Assembly: GCA_045649105.1 (NCBI GenBank)
Contig: JAZRPG010000022.1
Span: 12,878-76,877 of the forward strand
DNA from: Eubacteriales bacterium
GTDB taxonomy: Bacteria > Bacillota > Clostridia > Oscillospirales > JAAYXM01
Length of the DNA stretch: 64,000 bases
Direction of reading: 5' to 3'
This document shows, one piece after another, positions 40,565 through 51,472 of this stretch. Numbering within the stretch: position 1 is the first letter of the stretch; every line of letters begins with the position of its first letter. The notes below the pieces were generated by a model that was not told the origin of the DNA, made no database searches, and was given only the letters and a program-made list of their open reading frames with translations. Position numbers and translations under genes: made by a program.

Positions 40565-41667
40565 CTGTCCGCCTCCACTTCTTCATGCACAGATACCGGA
40601 GCCTGCGCAGCGCGCAAATCAGGCGACATTTCACTCTTGTGCATAACCTGAATGTCGGCGGGGGCAACATGTATGGAGACCTCGGTGCCCGGTTCGCAGT
40701 TTACTGTAGACTGTGCGATTATCGTTTCACCGCGGCATTCAATTCTCATTTCGTAGTGCACGCCCTTAAATATGGATGAGGAAACAACGCCGCACGGAAG
40801 CCCGTCGCAGGGGGTGCGAAGCTGAACATCCTCGGGGCGGATAACTATATCAACCGGTGCATTCTCGCCGAAGCCACGGTCGATACACTCAAACTCATGA
40901 CCGAGGAAGCTGACGGAAAGGTCACGCTCCATTGTTGCGCTTAAAATATTGCTGTCGCCGATAAAGTCGGCAACAAAGGCGTTTTTAGGCTCGTTATATA
41001 TATCCTGAGGAGTTCCCACCTGCTGGATTTCACCGCGGTTCATAACAACTATGGTGTCTGACATCGTGAGAGCTTCCTCCTGGTCGTGCGTTACATATGC
41101 AAATGTAATTCCGCTCTCCTGCTGAATGCGCTTGAGCTCTATCTGCATTTCCTTGCGCAGCTTTAAGTCGAGCGCGCCGAGCGGCTCGTCGAGAAGAAGT
41201 ATGTCGGGCTTGTTTATAAGCGCACGCGCAACGGCAACTCGCTGCTGCTGTCCGCCGGAGAGCGTCGTGACATCGCGGTCGTTAAAGCCGCGGAGGCTGA
41301 CAAGCTCAAGCATTTCGTCAACTGCGCGGTTGATTTTTTTCTTATCCCACTTTTTTATATTCGGACCGAAAGCAATATTCTCGCCGACTGTCAGCTTCGG
41401 AAAGAGGGCATATCTCTGAAAGACCGTATTTATGTTTCGCTTATGCGGCGGGAGGTCATTGATGCACTTGTTCCTGTAGAATATGTTACCCTCCGTAGGC
41501 TTAAGGAAGCCGCCGATAAGGCGCAGCAGAGTGGTTTTGCCGCACCCGGACGGGCCGAGAAGCGTCAAAAACTCGTTCTTTTCTATGTAGAGGTCTATCC
41601 CGTTTAAAACCGTAACACCGTCGAATACCTGGCGGATTCCGGAAAGCTCAAGAATGCGTTCTCCCAT
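40561..41667 (-). CDS. potA: spermidine/putrescine ABC ATP-binding protein
   Basis: GPSGCGKTT, LSGGQQQR, DEPLGALDLKLR, THDQEEALTMSD. Confidence 0.92.
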   Translation of the reverse strand: MGERILELSGIRQVFDGVTVLNGIDLYIEKNEFLTLLGPSGCGKTTLLRLIGGFLKPTEGNIFYRNKCINDLPPHKRNINTVFQRYALFPKLTVGENIAFGPNIKKWDKKKINRAVDEMLELVSLRGFNDRDVTTLSGGQQQRVAVARALINKPDILLLDEPLGALDLKLRKEMQIELKRIQQESGITFAYVTHDQEEALTMSDTIVVMNRGEIQQVGTPQDIYNEPKNAFVADFIGDSNILSATMERDLSVSFLGHEFECIDRGFGENAPVDIVIRPEDVQLRTPCDGLPCGVVSSSIFKGVHYEMRIECRGETIIAQSTVNCEPGTEVSIHVAPADIQVMHKSEMSPDLRAAQAPVSVHEEVEADS

Positions 41668-41728
41668 ATCTGTCTCCAATCAAGCAACAAAAAGTTTAGT
41701 ATTAGTATAATAAACACAGGCATTTATA

Positions 41729-42271
41729 TTAAAAAGTCGGTGGTGAGGAAACCCAGATAACGCTCGCGGCCGTCTTGCCGGGGTTTTTGAGACTGTGCTG
41801 TTTGTCGGCTTTAAAGTAAAACGCGTCTCCGCGGCGAAGCTTTGATGTTTTCATGCCGAGCCGGAGAATTATTGTCCCTGAAAGAACATATCCGAATTCT
41901 TCCCCCGCATGGGGCATATCGACGGGGGTTTCGCCGCCGGGGACAAGCTCATATAGCACGGGCTCCATATCGTTGCGCTGAGCCGTTGCGACAAGCCATG
42001 TTATACTCCCTGCACCGTCGACATTCTTTACGCACATGTCAGCGCTCTTGAAAACGGGCGTAGAGTTGTCAGTCTGCGCGAAAAACTCCTCGAATGTGGT
42101 GCCGAGCGCATCAAATATGTCAGACAGAGTTGCAAGACTCGGCGCAGTCTGGTTTGATTCGAGCTGGGATATAAAGCCCTTGGAAAGCTCACATCTGTCC
42201 GCAAGCTCCTGCTGCGTCAGTCCGTAATAAAGACGCAGATGCTTTATTCGGTTGCCTATATCGATATTCAT
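41729..42271 (-). CDS. XRE-HTH + cupin regulator (PuuR-like)
   Basis: LTQQELADRCELSKGFISQLE HTH; HAGEEFGYVL cupin; heads pot operon. Confidence 0.88.
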   Translation of the reverse strand: MNIDIGNRIKHLRLYYGLTQQELADRCELSKGFISQLESNQTAPSLATLSDIFDALGTTFEEFFAQTDNSTPVFKSADMCVKNVDGAGSITWLVATAQRNDMEPVLYELVPGGETPVDMPHAGEEFGYVLSGTIILRLGMKTSKLRRGDAFYFKADKQHSLKNPGKTAASVIWVSSPPTF

Positions 42272-42402
42272 GATATCACCCCGTATAAATACGCTTAATA
42301 AGAGAAAACGGACGCATCATTTTAGCTGCGCCTCTTAATTTAAAAAAACCGCGCTGATGCGGGTTTTGTAAAAATAAACTTTAAGTTTGGTAATTGAGTT
42401 AC

Positions 42403-42431
42403 AGCATAACATATATATTCCCGTTTGTCAA
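42403..42431 (-). promoter_or_regulatory. sigma-A promoter of regulator-pot operon
   Basis: Minus strand TTGACA-17nt-TATGCT. Confidence 0.55.
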
Positions 42432-42533
42432 TAGAAATTCGATATAATACCACATTTTTCTTTCAATATAATAAATAAAAAAGAGCTGATACAAATGTAT
42501 CAGCACTTTTCTTTGTTTTCATGGATTAAGAAG

Positions 42534-43295
42534 CTATTTTATATTAAAAAAGGTATTTGCATTGTTATAAGTGATTTTCCCGACTTCTTCGGGAGTTACG
42601 CCCCACAGCCCGGCGATTTTTTCTGCAACTATCGGCACAAAGCCGGGGTCGTTGCGTTTTCCGCGATGCGGCACGGGCGTGAGATACGGGCAGTCCGTCT
42701 CAAGCATAATGCGCTCATGAGGAGAGGTGCGCACTACTTCGGGCGCCGTAGTCGCGTTTTTAAATGTGAGTGCGCCGCCAAAGGACATGTAAAAGCCGAG
42801 CTTTAAAATTTCGCGTGCGTAATCGACGCTTCCGGAGAAGCAATGATATACAGCTGAAAGCCCCGGGAAATTTTTCAGGATTTCAAAGCAGTCGCGGTGT
42901 GCGTCGCGGTCATGTACGATAAGCGGAATTTTAAGCTCATATGCAAGCGCCGCCTGGTCGTAAAACCGCTTTTTTTGCACTTCGCGCGGCGAGCTGTCAT
43001 AGTAGTAGTCAAGCCCCACCTCGCCGAGAGCGACAATCTTATCATTTTTTAAAAGCTTTTCAATTTCCAAAAGGTCTGCGTCCTTCATATCCTCCGCAGC
43101 GTGAGGGTGAACGCCGACTGCGCCGTAAATTATATCGTATTTACGGCAGAGGGTGACGGTTTCGCGCGAGGACGGCATATCACTGCCCGCGTTTAAAACG
43201 CGTGTGACATTTTTGGAGGCGAGTGATGATATCACCGCGTCACGGTCGTCTGCAAACTTTTCATCGTCAAGGTGTGCATGTGTGTCAAAAAACAT
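42534..43295 (-). CDS. TatD family hydrolase
   Basis: FDTHAHL, GVHPH, GEVGLDY, HDRDAH, HCFSG, LETDCPYL. Confidence 0.93.
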   Translation of the reverse strand: MFFDTHAHLDDEKFADDRDAVISSLASKNVTRVLNAGSDMPSSRETVTLCRKYDIIYGAVGVHPHAAEDMKDADLLEIEKLLKNDKIVALGEVGLDYYYDSSPREVQKKRFYDQAALAYELKIPLIVHDRDAHRDCFEILKNFPGLSAVYHCFSGSVDYAREILKLGFYMSFGGALTFKNATTAPEVVRTSPHERIMLETDCPYLTPVPHRGKRNDPGFVPIVAEKIAGLWGVTPEEVGKITYNNANTFFNIK

Positions 43296-43320
43296 AAGAA
43301 AGTCCTACTCTTTGATATAT

Positions 43321-44511
43321 TTAATCCAAAATATACGCTCCGTAATAGCTGCACAGCTCCTTTGCGCGGGGAGCGCATGATTTGACTGCTGCGCGGCCGT
43401 TATAGGAAATAAGCGACGCCTCAAGAAGTGCACCATCATCGCACGCGATACATACGGGAAGCGCGGCGGCATGCTGATTTTCCTCAAAGGTTACGATGTC
43501 TTCCTCGCTTGATATTCTTATTGTGGGGCACAGACCTGCACAGTCGTACAAATCGTCTGCGAGAAATTCAGAACAGGCTATTTCGTCTGAAAATTCAGCA
43601 TCGGATACAGGGATAATCTCGCGCTCGCTTGCAAGATATTCCACGGTTTCGGACGGTGTTTTGCCTGCATCAAGCGCGGATAAAGCATCTGAAACCGCGC
43701 GGATATGCGCAGGCGTTGTGCCGCAGCAGCCACCGAAAATGCGCACGCCGGCGTCAAAGAACGGCGCTGCATAGGCGGCCATATCCTCAGGAGCCATATG
43801 ATAGTGGGTTTCTCCGCCGGAAATGTCGGGAAGTCCGGCATTCGGCTTTGCAATAAGCGGCAGAGAGCCTGCATACGGAGCCATGGTTTTTATCACCTCG
43901 AGCATCTCCTCGGGACCTGAACCGCAGTTCAGCCCGAATGCAGAGGCGCCGAGGGATTTGCAGATCACAAGAGCCGCGGCGACCGATGCGCCCGTCATTG
44001 TGCGGCCCTCAGGGTTACATGTGAAGGTGACGAATATGGGCTTTTTAAGAATGCGCTTTGCGGCGAGCATTGCCGCACGCGCGTCTGAAACAGTCATGTT
44101 CGTCTCTGATATTACGATATCGCACCGATCGAAGGCAGACATCTGCTCCTCATAGATGGAAATAAGGCCGTTCATTGTTTCGTCGCCGAACGGGGCTATA
44201 AATAAGCCTGTAGGAGATACATCGGCGGCGACTGCAACAGAGTCCGGCACGGCACTGCGTGATATTTCAGTAAGCTTTCTGTTTATTTCAGTGACATCGC
44301 CGTTTACACCGCCTGCCTCAAGCTTTGCACGGATGGCTCCGAATGTAGGGGCGAGGACAATATCCGAGCCTGCGTCTGCATATTCGCGCTGGAGTACGGC
44401 GATGACGTCCGGGTGCTCGAGAATCCAGCCCTCGGGACAGGCTCCGCTCGGCATGCCGCGCTTTATAAGCTCTGTGCCGGTGGCTCCGTCAAGCATAAGC
44501 GGAAGTTTCAA
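43321..44511 (-). CDS. homocysteine S-methyltransferase family protein (MetH N-terminal-like, short)
   Basis: LDGATGT, GLNC, KPNAGLP, GGCCGTTPAHI; GGAGGT RBS 8 nt before TTG at 44511. Confidence 0.85.
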   Translation of the reverse strand: MKLPLMLDGATGTELIKRGMPSGACPEGWILEHPDVIAVLQREYADAGSDIVLAPTFGAIRAKLEAGGVNGDVTEINRKLTEISRSAVPDSVAVAADVSPTGLFIAPFGDETMNGLISIYEEQMSAFDRCDIVISETNMTVSDARAAMLAAKRILKKPIFVTFTCNPEGRTMTGASVAAALVICKSLGASAFGLNCGSGPEEMLEVIKTMAPYAGSLPLIAKPNAGLPDISGGETHYHMAPEDMAAYAAPFFDAGVRIFGGCCGTTPAHIRAVSDALSALDAGKTPSETVEYLASEREIIPVSDAEFSDEIACSEFLADDLYDCAGLCPTIRISSEEDIVTFEENQHAAALPVCIACDDGALLEASLISYNGRAAVKSCAPRAKELCSYYGAYILD

Positions 44512-44524
44512 ATCAAAATACCTC

Positions 44525-45310
44525 CTATATTCCGAACAAATGTTCAAAGTTGTCATTAAATATCTTTTTGTTATCCTCATCCGAAAGGCCGAGCGAAAGG
44601 AATTTCTGAACTTCCTCGGACGGATTCCACATGGGGAAATCGGTTCCGAACATAAATCTGTCAGCACCGAAATAGTCGATAAGAGCGAGCGCATCCTCAT
44701 CCGGCAGCATGCCGAGAGCGCTCGATGTGTCAAAATAAAGGTTTCCGCCGCGGTCATAACCGCGGACCTTGTCCCACTCGGAGTACCCGCCGAAGTGCGC
44801 GCCTATGCATATAAGCTCGGGAAATTTCTGCATAATGTTTACAAGCCGTGAAGGGCTTGAGAAATCATATCGGCTGTCACCCGTATGGAACAGGATTGGG
44901 AGCTTACGCTCCGCGAGAATTTTGTATGTAGGAAACATCTTAGGGTTATCAATATGAAGCCTTTGAAAATCGGGATGCAGCTTGATTCCGCGAAGGCCCA
45001 TACCGACGGCACGCTCTATCTCCGCCTCAGGGTCATCCATATCCTGATGCAGTGTCGCAAGACCGACAAACTGCGGATATTCAAGGCATTTTTCATGTAT
45101 AAAGTCATTTATAGGGCGGACCTGATGCGGAGTTGTAGCGGTGGAGCAGACGAGGTTTCGGGAAATACCCGCCTCGGCGCTCTTTTTCGCAAGCACCTCG
45201 GGAAGGCCGTTATGACGCATGGAAATATTGTAAAAATCGCCGATAGCACCGCTTGCCTTAAGCGAAATTTTATCGGGGAAGATATGGGAATGTGCGTCTG
45301 TTATCTGCAA
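44525..45310 (-). CDS. amidohydrolase family protein
   Basis: DAHSH, GIKLHPDFQ, FHTG, AHFGG, DTS, FGTDFP. Confidence 0.88.
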   Translation of the reverse strand: MQITDAHSHIFPDKISLKASGAIGDFYNISMRHNGLPEVLAKKSAEAGISRNLVCSTATTPHQVRPINDFIHEKCLEYPQFVGLATLHQDMDDPEAEIERAVGMGLRGIKLHPDFQRLHIDNPKMFPTYKILAERKLPILFHTGDSRYDFSSPSRLVNIMQKFPELICIGAHFGGYSEWDKVRGYDRGGNLYFDTSSALGMLPDEDALALIDYFGADRFMFGTDFPMWNPSEEVQKFLSLGLSDEDNKKIFNDNFEHLFGI

Positions 45311-45344
45311 CTTGAATTACACTTCTTTCATGAGACTGTATTTT

Positions 45345-46499
45345 CTAATTTAAAAAGTCCTTGAGCATCTTTGAGCGGCTCGGATGGCGGAGCTTGCGCA
45401 GAGCCTTCGCCTCTATCTGGCGTATGCGTTCACGCGTGACATTGAATTCGCGGCCGACTTCCTCAAGAGTGCGGGTGCGGCCGTCTTCAATGCCGAAGCG
45501 GAGCTTTAAGACCTTTTCTTCACGCGGGGTAAGCGTTCCCAGAACATCGACAAGCTGCTCGCGCAGGAGGGCAAATGATGCCGCTTCTGCAGGCTCCTGT
45601 GCGTCCTCTGCAGGAATAAAGTCGCCGAGGTGCGAATCCTCCTCCTCGCCTATCGGAGTCTCGAGAGAAACAGGCTCCTGTGCGATTTTTAAGATATCGC
45701 GCACGCGATTGAGCGGGAGTTGCATTTTCTCTGCAATCTCCTCGGGGGACGGGTCATGACCAAGCTCCTGAAGAAGCTGGCGAGACACGCGGATTACTTT
45801 GTTTATCGTCTCCACCATGTGTACGGGGATTCGGATTGTGCGTGCCTGGTCAGCTATCGCGCGCGTAATTGCCTGGCGAATCCACCAGGTTGCGTATGTT
45901 GAAAATTTGTAGCCCTTTGTATGGTCAAATTTCTCTACAGCCTTTATAAGGCCAAGGTTTCCTTCCTGAATCAGGTCTAAAAACAGCATTCCGCGCCCGA
46001 CATATCGCTTTGCAATGGAGACGACAAGACGGAGGTTTGCCTCTGCAAGGCGAAGCTTTGCGACCTCGTCGCCCTTTGCCATACGCTCGGCAAGCTCTAT
46101 TTCCTCGTCAGGCGAGAGAAGGTCAACCTTGCCTATCTCCTTGAGATATATGCGGACATGGTCATCGATATTGAGCCCCTCCATGAGAGAGGCGCTGTCG
46201 ATAAGCTCCTCCTGCGGAATTTCCTCAACATCGTCAAGAGCTTCGGGAATTTCTTCAATAATCTCTGCCTCTGTCGGGATATCTGCAATAAATTCCTCGA
46301 GCGGAAGCTCGATTCCCAGATGCTCCAGCGTGTCATAGAGCTTTTCAATCTGGTCAGAGTCCATCTCAAGCTCTTCGGCAACATCCATAAGCTCTTTCTG
46401 TGACAGCTTGCCGCGCTTTTTACCTGTTTCTATAAGGTCACGCAGTATCTGCTTTTTTTCGTCTATTGCGCGTGTTTTTGATTCGTTTGTGTTATCCAT
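45345..46499 (-). CDS. rpoD: RNA polymerase primary sigma factor
   Basis: [62 protein letters not shown]. Confidence 0.97.
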   Translation of the reverse strand: MDNTNESKTRAIDEKKQILRDLIETGKKRGKLSQKELMDVAEELEMDSDQIEKLYDTLEHLGIELPLEEFIADIPTEAEIIEEIPEALDDVEEIPQEELIDSASLMEGLNIDDHVRIYLKEIGKVDLLSPDEEIELAERMAKGDEVAKLRLAEANLRLVVSIAKRYVGRGMLFLDLIQEGNLGLIKAVEKFDHTKGYKFSTYATWWIRQAITRAIADQARTIRIPVHMVETINKVIRVSRQLLQELGHDPSPEEIAEKMQLPLNRVRDILKIAQEPVSLETPIGEEEDSHLGDFIPAEDAQEPAEAASFALLREQLVDVLGTLTPREEKVLKLRFGIEDGRTRTLEEVGREFNVTRERIRQIEAKALRKLRHPSRSKMLKDFLN

Positions 46500-48243
46500 T
46501 TCCCAAACCCTTCTTCTTTCTGTAAAATTCCGCGGCGGCAGAGAGGTCAATCTCGCCGCTCAGGGCGGTATCCTTAATATGTTCGCGTTTTATTGTTTCT
46601 GTATAATCCCCCGATGATGCGGCACGCTCGCCGAGATGACGCGCAAAAACCGCTGCTATATGTGATGATTCTTCGGGAGAAAAAGCCTGAGATATTGTGC
46701 CCATGTCGGTATCGAGCCCGCGTGCGGCACGCTCCGTAATAAGTGAGAAGAGCCGCCCTAAAAGCTCTGACGAAAACATGTCGGGAGAAAGCTCACGCAA
46801 GGCGCGCATCGCAACATCTTTGTTTGTTGCGGCGATGGAGAGAAGCCCCTCCTCTGCAACTGCCGAGCGAGGATTTTTATACCGCGCTCCGCGCTCCGAC
46901 GGCATTATGGCGCCTATCGGGTCAAGTGCGCGCTTTTCCTCATCACGCCGCTGTTTTTTGATGAGCTTTTTTCGCTCGCGCTCAGCTTCTTCCAAAATTG
47001 CGTCGCGCGACACCTTTGTCTCCTGAGCTATGCGCCCTGCGTATATCTCGCGCTCAACTGCACTTGAAAGTGCCGCAAGGTGGGCTATAGCCTCTTTTAA
47101 ATATGCTATGCGCCCGTCCTCGTTGTCGAGATTGTGTCGGGATTTTGCGTTTCCGAGCCGGTATTCCGCCGCGGCAAGTGCCCCGTCTAAAAGCTTTTCA
47201 AACTTCTCCCGTCCGAATTTTTTTATAAATTCGTCCGGGTCCTTTGCTCCGCTCATTCTGAGCACGCGCACGGAAATCCCCGCCCGCTTCAAGACCTCCA
47301 TCGCCCTCTCCGTCGCGGCGAGCCCCGCTTTGTCGGAGTCGTATGCGATAATCACCTTGCTTTTGTATTTCGATATAAGCCGCGCCTGCTCATCGGTGAG
47401 CGCTGTGCCGAGGGAGGCAACGGCAGAATCAAAGCCTGCCTGATGAAGTGCGATAACGTCCATATATCCTTCGGCGAGTATTATATACTCCGCCTCGCTC
47501 TTCTTTGCAATATTGAGTGCGTAGAGATTCCTGCGCTTGTTGAATACTGATGATTCGGGTGAGTTAAGGTACTTCGGCTCGCCCCCGTCCATAACACGTC
47601 CGCCGAATCCGATGACCGTCCCGCGTACATCAATAATGGGGAACATAACGCGGTTTCTGAACCGGTCATATATATTTCCGTTTTTTCCTGTAGTCACAAG
47701 CCCTGCATCAAGAAGCTCAGACTTTGTGTATCCTTTATCGGTAAGAGAATCAAGCATGACGCTCCACGCGTCATCAGAAAAACCGAGTCCGAAGCGAGTA
47801 ACCGTAGCGGCGGAAAGTCCGCGCTCCGAGAGATAACGCCTTGCCGCCTCGCCTTCAGCGCTTTTGAGCCGGCTGTGGAAATGATGCGCCGCCTCGCGGC
47901 ACGCGTCGAGCGCGCGCTTTTTCTTGTCGCGCTCCTCCGCTCCGTAGTTTGATTCCGGAACCTGAAGCCCTGCCCAGTCGGCAAGCTTTTTTACGGCATC
48001 AGGGAAGTCGAGATTTTCTGCGCGCATGACAAAGGTGGTGACATCGCCGCCTGCGCCGCAGCCGAAGCAGTGAAAGAATTGCTTGTCCGAGGAGACGGAG
48101 AACGACGGCGTCTTTTCGTTGTGAAAGGGGCAGAGCCCGACATTGCCGCCCCCGCGCCGTGCAAGTGACACATAGCGCGATACTATCGAGACAATATCCG
48201 AGCGCGCAAGCAGCTCGTCCATAAATTGTTGCGGAAATGCCAC
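46492..48243 (-). CDS. dnaG: DNA primase
   Basis: [49 protein letters not shown]. Confidence 0.96.
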   Translation of the reverse strand: MAFPQQFMDELLARSDIVSIVSRYVSLARRGGGNVGLCPFHNEKTPSFSVSSDKQFFHCFGCGAGGDVTTFVMRAENLDFPDAVKKLADWAGLQVPESNYGAEERDKKKRALDACREAAHHFHSRLKSAEGEAARRYLSERGLSAATVTRFGLGFSDDAWSVMLDSLTDKGYTKSELLDAGLVTTGKNGNIYDRFRNRVMFPIIDVRGTVIGFGGRVMDGGEPKYLNSPESSVFNKRRNLYALNIAKKSEAEYIILAEGYMDVIALHQAGFDSAVASLGTALTDEQARLISKYKSKVIIAYDSDKAGLAATERAMEVLKRAGISVRVLRMSGAKDPDEFIKKFGREKFEKLLDGALAAAEYRLGNAKSRHNLDNEDGRIAYLKEAIAHLAALSSAVEREIYAGRIAQETKVSRDAILEEAERERKKLIKKQRRDEEKRALDPIGAIMPSERGARYKNPRSAVAEEGLLSIAATNKDVAMRALRELSPDMFSSELLGRLFSLITERAARGLDTDMGTISQAFSPEESSHIAAVFARHLGERAASSGDYTETIKREHIKDTALSGEIDLSAAAEFYRKKKGLGNG

Positions 48244-48298
48244 GTTTTTTCTCACCTCTTCACATTTTTTCCAATTAGTGCAGATTTTAGTCTGTTTA

Positions 48299-49303
48299 TC
48301 AGATATGCCCCCATGAAACGGGCATAAAAATCTCTGAATATGTGCTTATTGCATATCTGTCAGTCATTCCTGCTATGTAGTCGCATACGGCGGTTTCCGT
48401 CCCCTCATTTGAGGCAATCTCGCGGTACTCGGCAGGCAGTCTGTCTATGTTTTTTGTATAATAATTAAAGAGACGCGAAATCATTCCACGCACCTTTTCT
48501 TCCTGGGAAAGGGCGTATTTCGTCCTGTATACATGCTCAAACATAAATGTGCGGAGCCCATCCGTTGCGTCCTTTATATGCGGCGACATAAGAATATCGC
48601 CCTTGCCCTCGCTTGCAGCTATCGTGTCAAGAACAAGTGTATTTATCCGCACGCTGTGCCTGTCGCCGAGAACCTTTGTGTACTTTTCGGGGATGTCACG
48701 CTCACTTATAACGCCTGCGCGGCAGGCATCGTCTATATCATGGTTAATGTACGCGAATCTGTCTGCGAGGGCGACAATCCGACCCTCAAGCGTTTCTGCG
48801 CGGCCGCGGCCGCTATGGTTTAAGATACCGTCGCGCACCTCGCGCGTTAAATTAAGCCCGAGACCGCTCCGCTCAAGCTTCTCAACCACGCGCACGCTCT
48901 GGAGATTGTGGGAGAAAGCGCCGCCGGTAAGGGCAGAAAGCTCACGCTCGCCGCCGTGCCCGAATGGCGTATGGCCGAGGTCGTGCCCCATCGCAATAGC
49001 CTCACAAAGGCTTTCGTTTAAGCGCAGTGCCCGGGTGATTGTCCTTGCGATTCCGCTTACCTCAAGCGTGTGCGTAAGGCGCGTTCTGTAGTGGTCACCC
49101 TCCGGGGAAATGAACACCTGTGTTTTATGCTTTAAGCGACGGAAGGACTTTGAGTGGAGAATCCTGTCGCGGTCGCGTGCAAAGCACGGGCGCACGGGGC
49201 AATCCTCCTCGGGAACTTCGCGCCCGGAGCTCTCAGAAGAAAGCTTTGCAAATTCCGAAAAATGCTCGCGCTCGTAGAGCTCCTCCGCCTCGCGTATAGT
49301 CAT
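48299..49303 (-). CDS. deoxyguanosinetriphosphate triphosphohydrolase-like HD protein
   Basis: RDRDRILHS, RRLKHKTQVF, RTRLTH, HDLGHTPFGH, DYIAGMTD. Confidence 0.93.
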   Translation of the reverse strand: MTIREAEELYEREHFSEFAKLSSESSGREVPEEDCPVRPCFARDRDRILHSKSFRRLKHKTQVFISPEGDHYRTRLTHTLEVSGIARTITRALRLNESLCEAIAMGHDLGHTPFGHGGERELSALTGGAFSHNLQSVRVVEKLERSGLGLNLTREVRDGILNHSGRGRAETLEGRIVALADRFAYINHDIDDACRAGVISERDIPEKYTKVLGDRHSVRINTLVLDTIAASEGKGDILMSPHIKDATDGLRTFMFEHVYRTKYALSQEEKVRGMISRLFNYYTKNIDRLPAEYREIASNEGTETAVCDYIAGMTDRYAISTYSEIFMPVSWGHI

Positions 49304-49444
49304 TCTGTCACCCGCCTTTTTTTACTCTGTATAAGTAATATACTCCTGCTTTGTACATTTTTCCTCTTTTTTTGCAAAAAATAATCTGAAAGTAACAAAA
49401 AAATGTCAGAGACACCGCAAAACAGGTTCGCGGCGCCTCTTACT

Positions 49445-49639
49445 TTATGATTTTATCTTTTTCGGGTCTCCTGCCTCGAGGGGGATATCGTATATATCAC
49501 GATACGACTCTGCGTCCTCCTCGTCTCTGGGGATTATTATACCGAGGCCCGTGCATTCCGTCGACGATGCAACTGACATATCAAAAAAGAGCTCGTCGCT
49601 CGGAGTTGGTTCAGGCACAAGTTTATCTTTCTTTTCCAA
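49445..49639 (-). CDS. small acidic hypothetical protein
   Basis: GGAGGGA RBS 9 nt before TTG 49639; contains VASSTECTGL; fills a gap between same-strand genes. Confidence 0.6.
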   Translation of the reverse strand: MEKKDKLVPEPTPSDELFFDMSVASSTECTGLGIIIPRDEEDAESYRDIYDIPLEAGDPKKIKS

Positions 49640-49748
49640 TGAAAACACTCCCTCCGAAAATATTGTTCCCGATATAGTTTATTATATTTCGGAGATTTGT
49701 GTGTGCGGCTGCTGTAAAATTTAATTATATATAGAAAAAATTGTTTTT

Positions 49749-51275
49749 TTAATCATCTTCGCGGTCAAGTGTGCGGTATTGTATCGCTTCGGCGATATGC
49801 TCAGGGCGTATGACCGGGGATTCCTCCATGTCCGCAATGGTAAGCGCAAGGCGGAGAATTTTGTCATATGACCTGCCTGTAAGACCGAGGCTGTCAAAGG
49901 CACGGCGAAGGAGAGTCTTTGACGCATCGTCAAGCACACAGAAGGTGTGCACCTGGCTCGGTGTCATGTTGGCGTTGCAGGAAACACCCGTGCCCGAGAG
50001 CCTTTTTTGGGCGATGAGCCGGGCTTTGTTGACGCGTTTCCTGATTTCTTCCGAGGTCTCCTCGGTGCCGTTTTTTCCGGACATGTCCTCATAGCTGACG
50101 GCAGGGACGGTGACATGAATATCTATGCGGTCAAGAAGCGGGCCTGAAATTTTGCCTCTGTAGTTTTTGACGGATTGAGGTGTGCATGTACACACATTTT
50201 TCGATTCATGACCGTGCCAGCCGCATTTGCATGGGTTCATTGCACAGACGAGCATAAAGGACGCAGGGTAAGTAATCGTCCCTGCAACGCGCGATATGGT
50301 AATCTCGCCCACCTCGAGAGGCTGGCGCAGAATTTCAAGCGAATTGCGCGAAAATTCGGGAAGCTCGTCCAGAAAGAGAACGCCGTTGTGCGCAAGGGTA
50401 ATCTCGCCGGGGCGCGGCGTTGTACCGCCGCCGGAAAGCCCTGCCGCAGATGTCGTATGATGCGGAGAGCGGAACGGACGCGAGGTTATTAGCGGATTAT
50501 CGCCTGAAACAAGCCCTGCGAGCGAATGAAGCTCTGTAGTTGCAAGCGATTCCTCGCGCGTCATATCAGGAAGTATTGACGGAAGCCGCTCGGCAAGCAT
50601 GCTCTTTCCTGAGCCGGGCGGGCCAATCATCAGTATGTTATGTCCGCCGGCGGCAGCGATTTCGAGCGCGCGTTTTACATTGCTCTGGCCGCGCACATCG
50701 GAAAAATCCGGCGCGGAGCTTCTGTCTGCGGACGGAACCCACACGGGCTCGCGGGAAAGGCCTGCCTCGCCGCGCAAATGCGAAATTATATCGCCTGCAC
50801 ACCGCGCGCCGTACACCTCAAGAGCATCGCCTGCAAGAGAGGCCTCGCGCGCGTTTTCATAAGGGACAAAGAGGCGGCGGATTCCCGCGTTTTTTGCGGC
50901 AATGGCCATGGACAGAATGCCGTTTGCCGGGCGCAGATTCCCCTCGAGTGACAGCTCACCGATAAATGCACAGTCGTTTCCGATTTGAGGAAGCTGCCCT
51001 GATGAGATGAGTATTGCAAGGAGAATGGGAAGGTCATAAACAGGGCCTTCCTTTCTGGTGCCGGCAGGGGCAAGATTTATTGTTATCCTGCTTTTGGGAA
51101 AATCCGCGCCGAGGTTTTTAACTGTTGCACGGACGCGGTCGCGCGCCTCGCGGACAGATGCGTCCGGAAGGCCGACCACCTCAAATGAAGGAAGGCCGCC
51201 CGAGAGAAAACACTCTACGGTTACCGCGACCCCGCTTGCGCCGTGAAGACCGAAAGTATGTATATTTGAAACCAA
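49749..51275 (-). CDS. YifB/ComM family Mg-chelatase-like AAA+ ATPase
   Basis: VGLPDASVRE, INLAPA, GPPGSGKS, PFRSPHH, LFLDELPEF, AMNPCKCG, SGPLLDRID. Confidence 0.93.
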   Translation of the reverse strand: MVSNIHTFGLHGASGVAVTVECFLSGGLPSFEVVGLPDASVREARDRVRATVKNLGADFPKSRITINLAPAGTRKEGPVYDLPILLAILISSGQLPQIGNDCAFIGELSLEGNLRPANGILSMAIAAKNAGIRRLFVPYENAREASLAGDALEVYGARCAGDIISHLRGEAGLSREPVWVPSADRSSAPDFSDVRGQSNVKRALEIAAAGGHNILMIGPPGSGKSMLAERLPSILPDMTREESLATTELHSLAGLVSGDNPLITSRPFRSPHHTTSAAGLSGGGTTPRPGEITLAHNGVLFLDELPEFSRNSLEILRQPLEVGEITISRVAGTITYPASFMLVCAMNPCKCGWHGHESKNVCTCTPQSVKNYRGKISGPLLDRIDIHVTVPAVSYEDMSGKNGTEETSEEIRKRVNKARLIAQKRLSGTGVSCNANMTPSQVHTFCVLDDASKTLLRRAFDSLGLTGRSYDKILRLALTIADMEESPVIRPEHIAEAIQYRTLDREDD

Positions 51276-51472
51276 AAAGCAACCACCTCTTGTCATTTTC
51301 ATAATCGTATCATATTTTAAAGGCAAAAACAAGACACGAAGCAGCAGAATACGACACGGGAGAAATTTATACTTCAATAATCGCCGAAATGAAAATTAAA
51401 ATGCATTGAGAGGACAAAAAACAGAGCAGTTATGTATCAACTGCTCTGTTTTTGTGTTATTAATTTAAAAAT

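Noticed and set aside
44512-44757. Upstream extension of the methyltransferase ORF
   Set aside because: Overlaps the amidohydrolase gene in another frame; an RBS supports TTG at 44511
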